Of a stretch of DNA of 24,044 bases, positions 15,590-24,043 are shown piece after piece. The notes under the pieces were generated by a model. The model saw only the letters and a program-made list of their open reading frames with translations, did no database searches and was not told the origin of the DNA. The position numbers and the translations under genes were made by a program. Each line of letters opens with the position of its first letter. Positions within the stretch are counted from its first letter, which is position 1. The stretch comes from Candidatus Woesearchaeota archaeon (lineage in GTDB: Archaea > Nanobdellota > Nanobdellia > Woesearchaeales > GW2011-AR4). Location of the stretch: the NCBI GenBank assembly GCA_016181305.1, contig JACOZN010000020.1:1-24044 (forward strand). Reading direction: 5' to 3'.

Positions 15590-16408
15590 TTAATTTTTTT
15601 TCTTTAAAACAAAATTAAAATATTCCCTATCCCCGCTTCTAAAGGACTCATATGTTTCTGTCCCCTTTAATCCGGCAAAATCCGAGAAGGACTTATGAAG
15701 TATCCTCGGCACTTTTTGGATAAGCTTTAGCTTGCGGTTGTTGTCCAATTCCAAAGCCCTTAAGACATTTTGAGTTATTCTTTCCTCCTTGATTAATTCA
15801 AAGCCCGAATGCACTAGCTGTTTACGCAGAGTGCTGATTTCATCCCTCTTGCGAAAGTCAGCAAACAAGAAATGCCCATCTGGCCGAATTACCCTGAAAA
15901 CTTCCCTCAAAAATTGATCCATATTTCCGTAGCAATGTGAAGACTCGACGTTGACCACAGCATCAAATTTATTGTCTTCAAAAAGAAGGGACTCAGCATC
16001 TCCAACATAAAATGAAAGCCCTTTAACAGAATAAAATTTTTTACAGAATTCAATTGATTTTCTGGAAAAATCTAAACCCATCATAGAGCTTGGTTTGAAG
16101 TATCGCATGATGTAAGATGAACCGCCTCCGCGCCCACAGCCTACCTCAAGCAAGTCTTTGTCTTTCAGGTTAATGGCGCTTGCAACATGGTGATAAAGCT
16201 GAATGCAATAGCGGTTCTTTTCATCAATTTTTCTAAGTTTTGCCTTTTCTGATTCAGAAGCATACCCATAATTCATAAAAATGACCTGTGCTCCTTTGTC
16301 CAATCCGGTAACATACTGATAAAATACTCTTCAGACTGAACGCTTTAACCCCGGCGATACGCCACAAACTAAATCAAAAAACTTGTGTAATGCAGCTTTT
16401 GTTGTCAT
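15590..16408 (-). pseudogene. Class I SAM-dependent methyltransferase with an in-frame TGA at codon 26
   Basis: ATG 16408 has a TATA box (16438-16447) and AGGGG upstream. Reading: MTTKAALHKFFDLVCGVSPGLKRSV*RVFYQYVTGLDKGAQVIFMNYGY. TGA is at 16333-16331. SAM motif LLEVGCGRGGG and VVNVESSHCY follow. The remainder from TTG 16303 is an intact ORF. Confidence 0.65.
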
Positions 16409-16500
16409 GTTCCCCTACTCTATTTTTAAGTCATACCTATATAAAAATATGCCCTAAATTGTTTTTCACCAAAACCTTTTTAACTTAATATTTAATAGTC

Positions 16501-17145
16501 ATGGATATGGCATACCCTATTGCAAGATACATTATAACGCCGATTTACAGGCTCTGGATAAGGAAAATAGGCGGATTGCAGAACATACCGAAGGGCAAGC
16601 CTTTCATAATAGCAGCAAACCATACAAGCTACTTTGATGCATTGCTCCTGCCTTCAATAATCGGCCCAAGGGTGAACAAGAGCGTGCACGCTTTAGCCAA
16701 CAGCTTTTACTGGAAGCCACTCCTGACAAGGTTCTTCCTTAACTTATGGGAGGCATTGCCTGTCTATGTCGGCAATGAGAAGGGCGCAAAAAGGAAAAAC
16801 CAGCAGTCATTGGAAATGGCATTAAAATATATCCAAAAAAATGAGCTGCTGATGGTTTTTCCGGAAGGCACAAGAAGCCCTGATGGAAAATTAAAAAAAG
16901 CATACACGGGCATTGCAAGGCTGGCATTAAATTCAAAAGCCCCTGTGCTGCCATGCGGAATCATAGGCTCGAACAGGGTGCTTCCAAAAGGAGCATCCTT
17001 TCCAAGATTCGCAAGGTGCGAGGTTAAGATCGGAAAATTGATGTATTTTAACCACAAAAGCAAAAATGAAAAAACATACGAGAGAGTAACAATAAAAATT
17101 ATGAAAGAAATAGCAAAGCTGATCAACCAGAAATACAGCTACTAA
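16501..17145 (+). CDS. plsC: 1-acyl-sn-glycerol-3-phosphate acyltransferase (PlsC/LPAAT family), copy 1
   Basis: Catalytic NH-x4-D (ANHTSYFD) and FPEGTRS blocks. Confidence 0.9.
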   Translation: MDMAYPIARYIITPIYRLWIRKIGGLQNIPKGKPFIIAANHTSYFDALLLPSIIGPRVNKSVHALANSFYWKPLLTRFFLNLWEALPVYVGNEKGAKRKNQQSLEMALKYIQKNELLMVFPEGTRSPDGKLKKAYTGIARLALNSKAPVLPCGIIGSNRVLPKGASFPRFARCEVKIGKLMYFNHKSKNEKTYERVTIKIMKEIAKLINQKYSY

Positions 17146-17146
17146 G

Positions 17147-17779
17147 ATGGTATACCTAATCCCAAAGCTTACGATAATACCGATTGTAAAGCTCTATGTA
17201 AAAGAAGCCAAAGGCCTTGAAAACCTGCCAAAAAAAGGAGCGTTCATAGCAGCTGCGAACCATGCAAGCTATATCGACCATATGATAATAGCGTCTTTTT
17301 TGGTATCCCATCTCGACAGAAAAGTGCATTTCCTTGCAAAAAAGGAGCATTTTGACAATGTTTTCAAGAAGGCATGGCACAATTACGTCGGAGCAATCCC
17401 CCTAGACAGGGCAAAAGGCGGCAGAGAGGCATTGAAATGGGCAATAAATGCTTTAAAGGGCGGGAATATAATAGCAATACATCCCGAAGGCACAAGAAGC
17501 CTGACTGGAAATCTGCAGAGGGCAAAAACAGGAGTTGCAAGGCTTGCACTGAAGGCAAAAGCGCCCGTCGTACCAATAGGGTTAATAGGGACTTTTGATA
17601 TACTGCCGAAGGGAAAATACCTACCAAGGTTCAAAAGGGCTGTAATGGGCATCGGCAAGCCAATTTCTTTTGAGAAATACTACGGCAAAAAGATTAATAA
17701 AAAGATGCTCAGGGAGATAACAACAGGGATAATGAAGGAGATTGCTAAGCTGTCAAAACAAAAATATAATTTCAAATGA
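17147..17779 (+). CDS. plsC: 1-acyl-sn-glycerol-3-phosphate acyltransferase (PlsC/LPAAT family), copy 2
   Basis: ANHASYID, FLAKKE and HPEGTRS blocks. Confidence 0.9.
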   Translation: MVYLIPKLTIIPIVKLYVKEAKGLENLPKKGAFIAAANHASYIDHMIIASFLVSHLDRKVHFLAKKEHFDNVFKKAWHNYVGAIPLDRAKGGREALKWAINALKGGNIIAIHPEGTRSLTGNLQRAKTGVARLALKAKAPVVPIGLIGTFDILPKGKYLPRFKRAVMGIGKPISFEKYYGKKINKKMLREITTGIMKEIAKLSKQKYNFK

Positions 17780-18753
17780 AAAAAATCTCGGTCATAGGGG
17801 CAGGCTCGTGGGGAACAACTTTGGCAGTTCTGCTTGGGGAAAAAGGCTTTGACGTAAAGCTGTGGGCAAGGAGGGAAGAGCTTGCAAACGAGATTGAAAG
17901 CAAAAAGGAAAACATGCAGTATCTACCCGGAATAAAAATACCGGGCAATGTCATTGCAGACCATTCTTTAAAAAATGTCCTTGAAAGCTCTGAAATGGCG
18001 GTAGTTGCCATCCCGTCGGAGTTTTTTAGAAAAATATTGAAGGATATAAAGCCCTTTTTTAGCAATCAGGTCATTGTCAGCGTCACGAAGGGAATAGAGC
18101 ACCATACCAACAAGAGAATGTCTCAAGTCATTGAAGACGAGCTTGGCAAGGCGAAAATAGCCGTGCTTTCCGGCCCAAACCACGCAGAAGAAGTCAGTGC
18201 CAGGATGCCGACTGCAAGCGTTGTGGCGAGCAGCGACATGAAGACAGCAAAGCATGCTGCAGAGTGCCTTGCAGCCCCTTACTTCAAGCTTTACTGCCTG
18301 AATGATATTGCAGGAGTTGAAATCTGCGGAGCCCTGAAGAACATACCTGCAATAGCCACAGGAGTTTGCGACGGGTTTGGGCTTGGGGACAACGCACGAG
18401 CGTCAATAATAACGCTTGGCCTGATGGAGATGAACAATTTTGGAAGGCACTTTGGCGCAAAAAGAGGGACAGTATACGGGCTTGCAGGAGTCGGAGACCT
18501 GATTGCCACGTGCACAAGCAGGCACTCAAGAAACAGGTTTGTGGGCGAGCAGCTTGCAAAAGGCAAAACAATGGACGAGATAAAAAAAGAGATGCATGGC
18601 ATGATTGCAGAAGGGATTCCGACAACAAAGGCCGTTTACGAGTACAGCAAAAAGCACGGCATAGAAATGCCATTGGCGCAGCAGGCTTATGAAGTCCTTT
18701 TCGAGAAAAAAGATATAAAGCAGGCAGTTAAGGATTTGCTGAGGCTGGTGTGA
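17776..18753 (+). CDS. gpsA: NAD(P)H-dependent glycerol-3-phosphate dehydrogenase
   Basis: IGAGSWGT Rossmann motif, LSGPNHAEEV, GALKN and GLAGVGDLIATCTSRHSRN. ATGA overlap with plsC. Confidence 0.93.
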   Translation: MKKISVIGAGSWGTTLAVLLGEKGFDVKLWARREELANEIESKKENMQYLPGIKIPGNVIADHSLKNVLESSEMAVVAIPSEFFRKILKDIKPFFSNQVIVSVTKGIEHHTNKRMSQVIEDELGKAKIAVLSGPNHAEEVSARMPTASVVASSDMKTAKHAAECLAAPYFKLYCLNDIAGVEICGALKNIPAIATGVCDGFGLGDNARASIITLGLMEMNNFGRHFGAKRGTVYGLAGVGDLIATCTSRHSRNRFVGEQLAKGKTMDEIKKEMHGMIAEGIPTTKAVYEYSKKHGIEMPLAQQAYEVLFEKKDIKQAVKDLLRLV

Positions 18754-19353
18754 TTACTCCTCTGTAAAGTCCTCAAGCTTTTCCTTCAGCTCCTCGCCTT
18801 CTTTCAGCTTCCCTTTCAATTTCAGGAACTCCTTTGTAAGAATATAGAAGAACAGTCCAAGGCTTTTCTTGCCCTTGTTGTTGCAAGGCACTACCAAGTC
18901 TATAAAGTTTGACATATTGTTTGTGTCGCACAGCGCAATCACCGGGATTCCAACCCTGACACCGTCGAGGACCGCGTTCCTGTCAGGCCACGCGTCAACA
19001 ATAAGCATAATCTTCGCTTCTATGTACCGCTCAAGATTCGGGTTTGTCAGAATTCCGGGAGGGTACCTTCCTGCAAAAACCCTTATGCTTGTAAGCTTGC
19101 CGAAAAGCTCGACTGCCTTCCAGCCGTTCTCGCGCCTGCTCACGATAAGTATGTCTTCCGGGCTGTATTGCGCAAGAAAAGCAGCAGCCACCCTTATTCT
19201 TTCGTCAATCTTCTGCAAATTCAATACGGATAATCCGTCAGGCCTTGTCTTGTATATGAACTGCTCCATTGCCTTTGTCCTGAACTTCGTGCCTATGTGT
19301 ATCCCTGACTTCAGATACACGTCCCTCGGAACCAAAAAGCTCTCGTCAGCCAT
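18754..19353 (-). CDS. rps2: 30S ribosomal protein S2 (uS2, archaeal type)
   Basis: YLKSGIHIGTK, GRYPPGILTN, IPVIALCDTNN and IDLVVPCNNKGKKS. Confidence 0.95.
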   Translation of the reverse strand: MADESFLVPRDVYLKSGIHIGTKFRTKAMEQFIYKTRPDGLSVLNLQKIDERIRVAAAFLAQYSPEDILIVSRRENGWKAVELFGKLTSIRVFAGRYPPGILTNPNLERYIEAKIMLIVDAWPDRNAVLDGVRVGIPVIALCDTNNMSNFIDLVVPCNNKGKKSLGLFFYILTKEFLKLKGKLKEGEELKEKLEDFTEE

Positions 19354-19356
19354 TTT

Positions 19357-19444
19357 GCCTGAAATTTTTAAAACATATTTCCAGTCCAGAATTCTGAACT
19401 GCTTTTATCGCCCGCAGTTGCGAATCAAATTGTGATTCATAGGC
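19357..19444 (-). promoter_or_regulatory. Candidate structured 5' leader of rps2
   Basis: On the minus strand a GCCU/AGGC closing stem encloses GAAUCA/UGAUUC, AACUGC/GCAGUU, UCAG/CUGG and GAAAU/AUUUC hairpins. TATA TTTTTAAATA at 19468-19477 places the TSS near the start of the structure. Confidence 0.45.
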
Positions 19445-19479
19445 AATATTCAGTGGGATATTATGGCTATTTAAAAAGC

Positions 19480-20007
19480 TTACTGAGAATTAAACAAAGC
19501 CAAATCCTCGTAAACAGCTCCTTTCGGGCTTAATGCTGACTTTACCAGCCTGAAGTTCTTTACTTCAATTTTTTTATTTTCAACTTTTATTTTTTTAATT
19601 TGATCAACAAAGGCTTTCTTGTCTTCGGGATATTTAACCCTTGCCAAAGTGATGTGGGCTTTGAAGTCTTTTTCCTTCCTGAACAGCGGCTTTAATGCTT
19701 CGTCAATTTTGTTCTGCAGCTCTAAGATACTGTCTTCCGGCTTCAGGCCCACCCAGATGACCCTTATATAATTTTCCGTCGGGAAAATGCCTGTGCTGTC
19801 AAGGAAAACAGTGAATGGCTCAAGCTTGATTGTCTTTAAAATTTCAACGATTTTTTCCGTTTTGTCAGGCTGGACTTCCCCAAGAAACTTTAGTGTAAGG
19901 TGAAATGTTTTCGTAAGGCTGAGTTTTGCATTTTTCGGCAGAAGCCCCTGCAATTCAACAAAGTATTCCCTTAATTCGTTGAAATCAACTGCAATAAACA
20001 GCCTCAT
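19480..20007 (-). CDS. thpR: RNA 2',3'-cyclic phosphodiesterase (2H phosphoesterase, ThpR/LigT)
   Basis: MRLFIA start and two H-x-T motifs (FHLTLKFLG, AHITLAR). Confidence 0.9.
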   Translation of the reverse strand: MRLFIAVDFNELREYFVELQGLLPKNAKLSLTKTFHLTLKFLGEVQPDKTEKIVEILKTIKLEPFTVFLDSTGIFPTENYIRVIWVGLKPEDSILELQNKIDEALKPLFRKEKDFKAHITLARVKYPEDKKAFVDQIKKIKVENKKIEVKNFRLVKSALSPKGAVYEDLALFNSQ

Positions 20008-20106
20008 GGAAATACCTTAAGGCTGAATGTATTTAAATCTAACTCAATACAGAGAATTTTGAATATCCATATAACTGTCAAAGTTCTATATAAAATAAAA
20101 AGACTG

Positions 20107-20469
20107 TTAACCCCCTTCCTCGCCAAAGTCTTCTGTGTCCTGGCTGCCGTATTCCTCTCCCTGGGGCTCTTCTGCTGCTTCGTAGCTTTCCCCAGCCGGC
20201 TCTTCAGAGGATTGAGCCTCCTCCTTCTGCTCGCCTGAGCCCTCGCCAACAACCTCGGCAAAGCCGACTTTCTGCAGCACTCTTGTCACTCTTATCTTGA
20301 CTTCATCGCCTTGCTTCGTTCCCGGAACGAACAATACAAATCCGTCCTTTTTTGCTATGCCGTCGCCTTTCTCACCGACAGCTTCTATCTTCACATCCAA
20401 CTCGTCGCCAACCTTTACAGGCGCGAAACTTCTTGGCCTAAAGCTGCCTTTTCCTTTCTCGTATCTCAT
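20107..20469 (-). CDS. Single TRAM-domain RNA-binding protein with an acidic tail
   Basis: APVKVGDELDVKIEAVGEKGDGIAKKDGFVLFVPGTKQGDEVKIRVTRV. SD GAGGT and a TATA-like box at 20541-20549. Confidence 0.88.
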   Translation of the reverse strand: MRYEKGKGSFRPRSFAPVKVGDELDVKIEAVGEKGDGIAKKDGFVLFVPGTKQGDEVKIRVTRVLQKVGFAEVVGEGSGEQKEEAQSSEEPAGESYEAAEEPQGEEYGSQDTEDFGEEGG

Positions 20470-20557
20470 TTCTATTTACCTCTACCTATTTAATACTATT
20501 TTTGCACAATGTGCAATAGCCCCCAATTAAACATAATTAGTATTTAAAATTATGGTT

Positions 20558-20863
20558 TTAAAATCTTAAGCCGCCGTCAACCCTTATAACTTCGCCTGTT
20601 ATGTAGCCTGCCTTGTCAGATGCAAGAAAAGCAACCAGGCTTGCTACATCCTGCGGAGTGCCGCTTCTGCCAAGGGGTATTGAGCCTGCCAGCTCCTTTT
20701 TCCTTGCCTGTGGAATGGATTTGATAATGTCAGTCTCTATAAGCCCAGGAGCTACTGCATTTACAGTAATGCCGTGCTTCCCAAGCTCCTTTGCCAACGA
20801 CTTTGTAAAGCCTATTATTCCGGCTTTTGAAGCTGCATAATTAGTCTGCCCGAAATTGACATT
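20558..20863 (-). pseudogene. fabG: Out-of-frame C-terminal part of the FabG-like SDR
   Basis: The frame of ORF 20558-20797 extends upstream as [40 protein letters not shown]. The catalytic YxxxK (20839-20825) is in a different frame from the N-terminal half. Confidence 0.8.
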
Positions 20864-22227
20864 AATGCGCTCTTGGTTACATTATAAATACCCTTAAGGT
20901 TAGTTGTTATTACACTGTCCCATTCCCCCCTAGCCAGGTTTTGCAGTGTTTTGTCCATTATTATTCCTGCATTATTGACCAGTATGTCCAGCTGCCCAAA
21001 CTCCTTCTTTATAGTATCAAACATTGCCTTTACCTCGTTAGGGTTGCCAACATCGGCCTTTATTGATATGCACCTGGAATATTTTTTTGCCCCATCAACA
21101 GCTTCAGAGGCTTCTTTCTCATTCCTGTTGTAGTTGACAATTACATTCGCACCTTTTTTTGCAAGCTCGATCGCTATAGCCCTGCCTATGCCTCTTGAAG
21201 CTCCTGTCACCAATGCAGTTTTTCCATTCAACCCCAGCCGGTTTTCAGCAAGGGAATGTTTTGGCTTTTTTGCGGTAACATAAAGGAAGCTGATGATGAA
21301 TCCCTCAGCATCAGCCAGCGGATTTTTGCTCCTTAGCTCGTCAAACAGCCTGTTTGAAGCCAGTGTAATCAGCGTGTCCCTGTCTGTCTCCTCTTTTTGC
21401 GAGGGCTCGTTGCCGCCTATCTCAGGCAATATGCCTGCCTGCAGCCTTCTTACCCTCAGAAAATTAAGCCAGTCGCTGTATTTCACTTTTATCAGCTTGT
21501 AATGGTGCCCAAGGTACTCGAAGCCCGCACCCTTCAGTGCTTTGAGATAGATGCCAATCGGCCTGGGGTCCGGGAACACAAATTTTCGCTGCGGCTCTGT
21601 CGCCTTTATGCGCGCGTCAATGTCTTTCCTGTAGGCTGCAAACTTGGAATATTTGCGCACAATATCCAGCGCTATGTCATGCACCCTTTTTACCGTGTCG
21701 TCAACAAGCAGTGCGCCCTCAGGCCCCTCGTTTGGTATGTTGCCGCTCAAGAACGTAAAAGTGCCGCTTTCCTTCAGGGCTTCTGAAATTCCCCTGAATG
21801 TATCCTCAATGTCCGGAATAAGGTGGACAGTATGCGCTGAAACAACATGATTGACTATGTTTCTGCCGACGCAATCGCCAAGCTTTGAATAAGCCTCATT
21901 TTTTTTCTCAAGAAGAAAGCACTTGACATTAGGGTTGTCGCTGAATACCTCATAGGCTTTTCCCAGCCATGCGGCAGAGTTGTCAACAAGCCACAGCTCT
22001 ACATTAACTTTCAGGCGTTCCAGCAGGCGAATGGCTGAAACGCCTGTGCCCGCCCCGAAATCAACGACAATGTCGCCGTTTTTTACCTTAGGGACGATAA
22101 GGCCTGCCAGCTCATCCAGTGCAGCTATGTAATACTCAGCCTTGGATACTGCCTCGTGGTATGCTGTAGCACCTCTTGATGTCGGCCTGTCAGGCTTCCA
22201 GCAGCTGCGCCCGCCTTCTTCACTCAT
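20815..22227 (-). CDS. Class I methyltransferase fused to the N-terminal part of a FabG-like SDR (frameshifted after TKSAL)
   Basis: [11 protein letters not shown] motif in the N-terminal ~320 aa, then [27 protein letters not shown] and TTNLKG. After KSAL the sequence is no longer SDR-like. Confidence 0.8.
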   Translation of the reverse strand: MSEEGGRSCWKPDRPTSRGATAYHEAVSKAEYYIAALDELAGLIVPKVKNGDIVVDFGAGTGVSAIRLLERLKVNVELWLVDNSAAWLGKAYEVFSDNPNVKCFLLEKKNEAYSKLGDCVGRNIVNHVVSAHTVHLIPDIEDTFRGISEALKESGTFTFLSGNIPNEGPEGALLVDDTVKRVHDIALDIVRKYSKFAAYRKDIDARIKATEPQRKFVFPDPRPIGIYLKALKGAGFEYLGHHYKLIKVKYSDWLNFLRVRRLQAGILPEIGGNEPSQKEETDRDTLITLASNRLFDELRSKNPLADAEGFIISFLYVTAKKPKHSLAENRLGLNGKTALVTGASRGIGRAIAIELAKKGANVIVNYNRNEKEASEAVDGAKKYSRCISIKADVGNPNEVKAMFDTIKKEFGQLDILVNNAGIIMDKTLQNLARGEWDSVITTNLKGIYNVTKSALMSISGRLIMQLQKPE

Positions 22228-23357
22228 ATGATCACACCCCTGCTTTGCAGTTCCATGATTTTTGATTTGCTATAACCCATTTTTTTTAGCAAGCCTTTTG
22301 CATTTTCTCCAAGCTTTGGATGCCTTACGCAGGCAATCTTTTTATGCGATGAAAACTCAACAGGCATCTTTACAAGGGATATCCCGTCAACCTCTTCCAG
22401 CATTTTCCTGCCCTTGAAATGGCTGTCTTTGGCTAAACTCCCCATCTTTTTTACAGGCTCGCAGCAAAAATCATGCCTGCGGCTTATTTCCATCCATTCC
22501 TTTACCTTTTTGCTCTTGAAAACAGCCTGCATTTCAATGGCAATTTCTCTGCTGCTGTCAAATTGCCTGCCAATAAGCTCCTCTCTTCCGATTGCGCTGC
22601 AAAAATTCACCCAGAATTTTTTTTCTATCGCGCCAAGGCTTACAAACTCGCCATCCTTTGTTTTATATATGCTGTAGCAGGGCTTGCTGCCCGACAGTAC
22701 AGTATCAATGTTTTCCGAGACAGACCTGTATGCCATATGGATTCCTATGACAAAGAGTGCCGTGTCAAGCACCGCAACATCTATATAGCAGCCCCTGCCG
22801 CTTTTTTGCCTCGAGAGCAAAGAAGCGACAATCGCAAATGCGGAAACAAGCGCGCTGCTTGTGTCAGGAACCTGCACGCCGGCAACAATCGGCTTTTGGA
22901 ACATTGCATCAAGCATCCCGCTTAGTGATGCATAATTCAGGTCATGCCCTGCCTTGTTTCTGTAAGCACCTTTCTGCCCATAGCCCGTTATTGAGCAGTA
23001 AACTATGCCCGGGTTTATTTTTTTGACAGCTTTGTACCCTATGCCAAGGGCATCCACTTTGCCGGGGCGGAACCCTTCAATAATGACATCCGCATCTTTT
23101 GCAAGAGCCATAAAAATTTTTTTCCCCTCATCAGCTTTCAGGTTCAATGAAATGCTTTTTTTGTTACGGTTAAGGGCAGCAAAATAAGGATTTTTGCCGT
23201 TCACGTTTTCAAAGTACCTCATTGGATCGCCGCTTGGGCTTTCAACCTTTATGACATCGGCACCGAGCTCTGCAAGAAGCAAAGAGCACATTGGCCCGGG
23301 CAAAAGATTTGACAAGTCCAAAACATTTATTCCTTTCAGCATTTCGCTCCCAACCAT
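22224..23357 (-). CDS. CaiB/BaiF family III CoA-transferase (alpha-methylacyl-CoA racemase-like)
   Basis: VLDLSNLLPGP, LGADVIKVE, EGFRPG and SITGYGQKG...GHDLNY. The start is ATG 23357 or ATG 23342. ATGA overlap with the downstream gene. Confidence 0.88.
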   Translation of the reverse strand: MVGSEMLKGINVLDLSNLLPGPMCSLLLAELGADVIKVESPSGDPMRYFENVNGKNPYFAALNRNKKSISLNLKADEGKKIFMALAKDADVIIEGFRPGKVDALGIGYKAVKKINPGIVYCSITGYGQKGAYRNKAGHDLNYASLSGMLDAMFQKPIVAGVQVPDTSSALVSAFAIVASLLSRQKSGRGCYIDVAVLDTALFVIGIHMAYRSVSENIDTVLSGSKPCYSIYKTKDGEFVSLGAIEKKFWVNFCSAIGREELIGRQFDSSREIAIEMQAVFKSKKVKEWMEISRRHDFCCEPVKKMGSLAKDSHFKGRKMLEEVDGISLVKMPVEFSSHKKIACVRHPKLGENAKGLLKKMGYSKSKIMELQSRGVII

Positions 23358-24043
23358 CAATTAAGGTTCCTCAATATGTGCATTGTTGCAATGCTCCCGG
23401 CTCCCCCGATGTTCAGGGCAAGCCCGTAGCTTGGGTTTTTAACCTGCCTTTTTCCGCACTCGTTCTTCATCTGCTTTGCAATCTCGTAGATTTGGGCAAG
23501 CCCTGTAGGGCTTATCGGATGGCCCTTTGCCTTCAGCCCGCCGCTTGTGTTCACGGGTATTTTTCCGTCAAGCTTTGTAATGCCTTCCCTGATAAGCCTC
23601 GGGCCTTCGCCGGCACTGCAAAACCCCAAATCCTCGTATGAAATTAATTCCAATGGCGTGAAAGCATCGTGCAGCTCCGCAACCCTTATATCGGACGGGG
23701 AAATTCCAGCCTCCTTGTATGCGATTTCCGCCGCTTTTCTCGTGGCCCAGAAAGAAGCCATATCGTCTCTTTCAAAAGGGCTTAAGTAATCGTTTTCTTC
23801 CGCAGAGCCAACAACCTCAATGCCAGACTCGTCTTTGGAGAGTATCAAAGCGGCAGCCCCATTGCATGAAATGCTGCAGTCAAATACCCTAAGCGGAGAC
23901 GCAACAACAGGGGAATTTTTTATATCCTCCAGAGAAACCTTCTTTTTGTAAAACCTCGCCTTGGGGTTGAGGTAGGCGTTTTCATGGTTCTTTAGAGCCA
24001 CCAATGCAAAGTCATCTGTTGTTGCGCCGTACTTCAGCATGTA
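23357..24043 (-). CDS. Thiolase (acetyl-CoA acyltransferase, archaeal/SCP2-like type), 5'-truncated by the window
   Basis: KNH-x-N, ELHDAF, VNTSGGLKAKGHPISPTG and NIGG. The frame stays open to the window edge. Confidence 0.88.
   Translation of the reverse strand, partial: YMLKYGATTDDFALVALKNHENAYLNPKARFYKKKVSLEDIKNSPVVASPLRVFDCSISCNGAAALILSKDESGIEVVGSAEENDYLSPFERDDMASFWATRKAAEIAYKEAGISPSDIRVAELHDAFTPLELISYEDLGFCSAGEGPRLIREGITKLDGKIPVNTSGGLKAKGHPISPTGLAQIYEIAKQMKNECGKRQVKNPSYGLALNIGGAGSIATMHILRNLN

Noticed and set aside
16331-16333. Genome-wide UGA recoding (Trp, Gly or Sec)
   Set aside because: TGA is the functional stop in many ATGA gene overlaps here (1549, 3525, 6204, 7726, 8825, 9779, 17776, 22224) and Trp is encoded by TGG. 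The position does not look like a catalytic Cys, so Sec is unlikely.
20502-20516. Inverted repeat TTGCAC-AAT-GTGCAA upstream of the TRAM gene
   Set aside because: A single 6-bp stem could be an operator or 5' hairpin, but nothing else in the window supports a function.
136-23789. Numerous short antisense or alternate-frame ORFs in the track (e.g. 136-513, 517-1155, 1168-1545, 2033-2401, 16764-17126, 18869-19435)
   Set aside because: They overlap well-supported genes, have no recognisable motifs, and show the biased composition expected of shadow ORFs.
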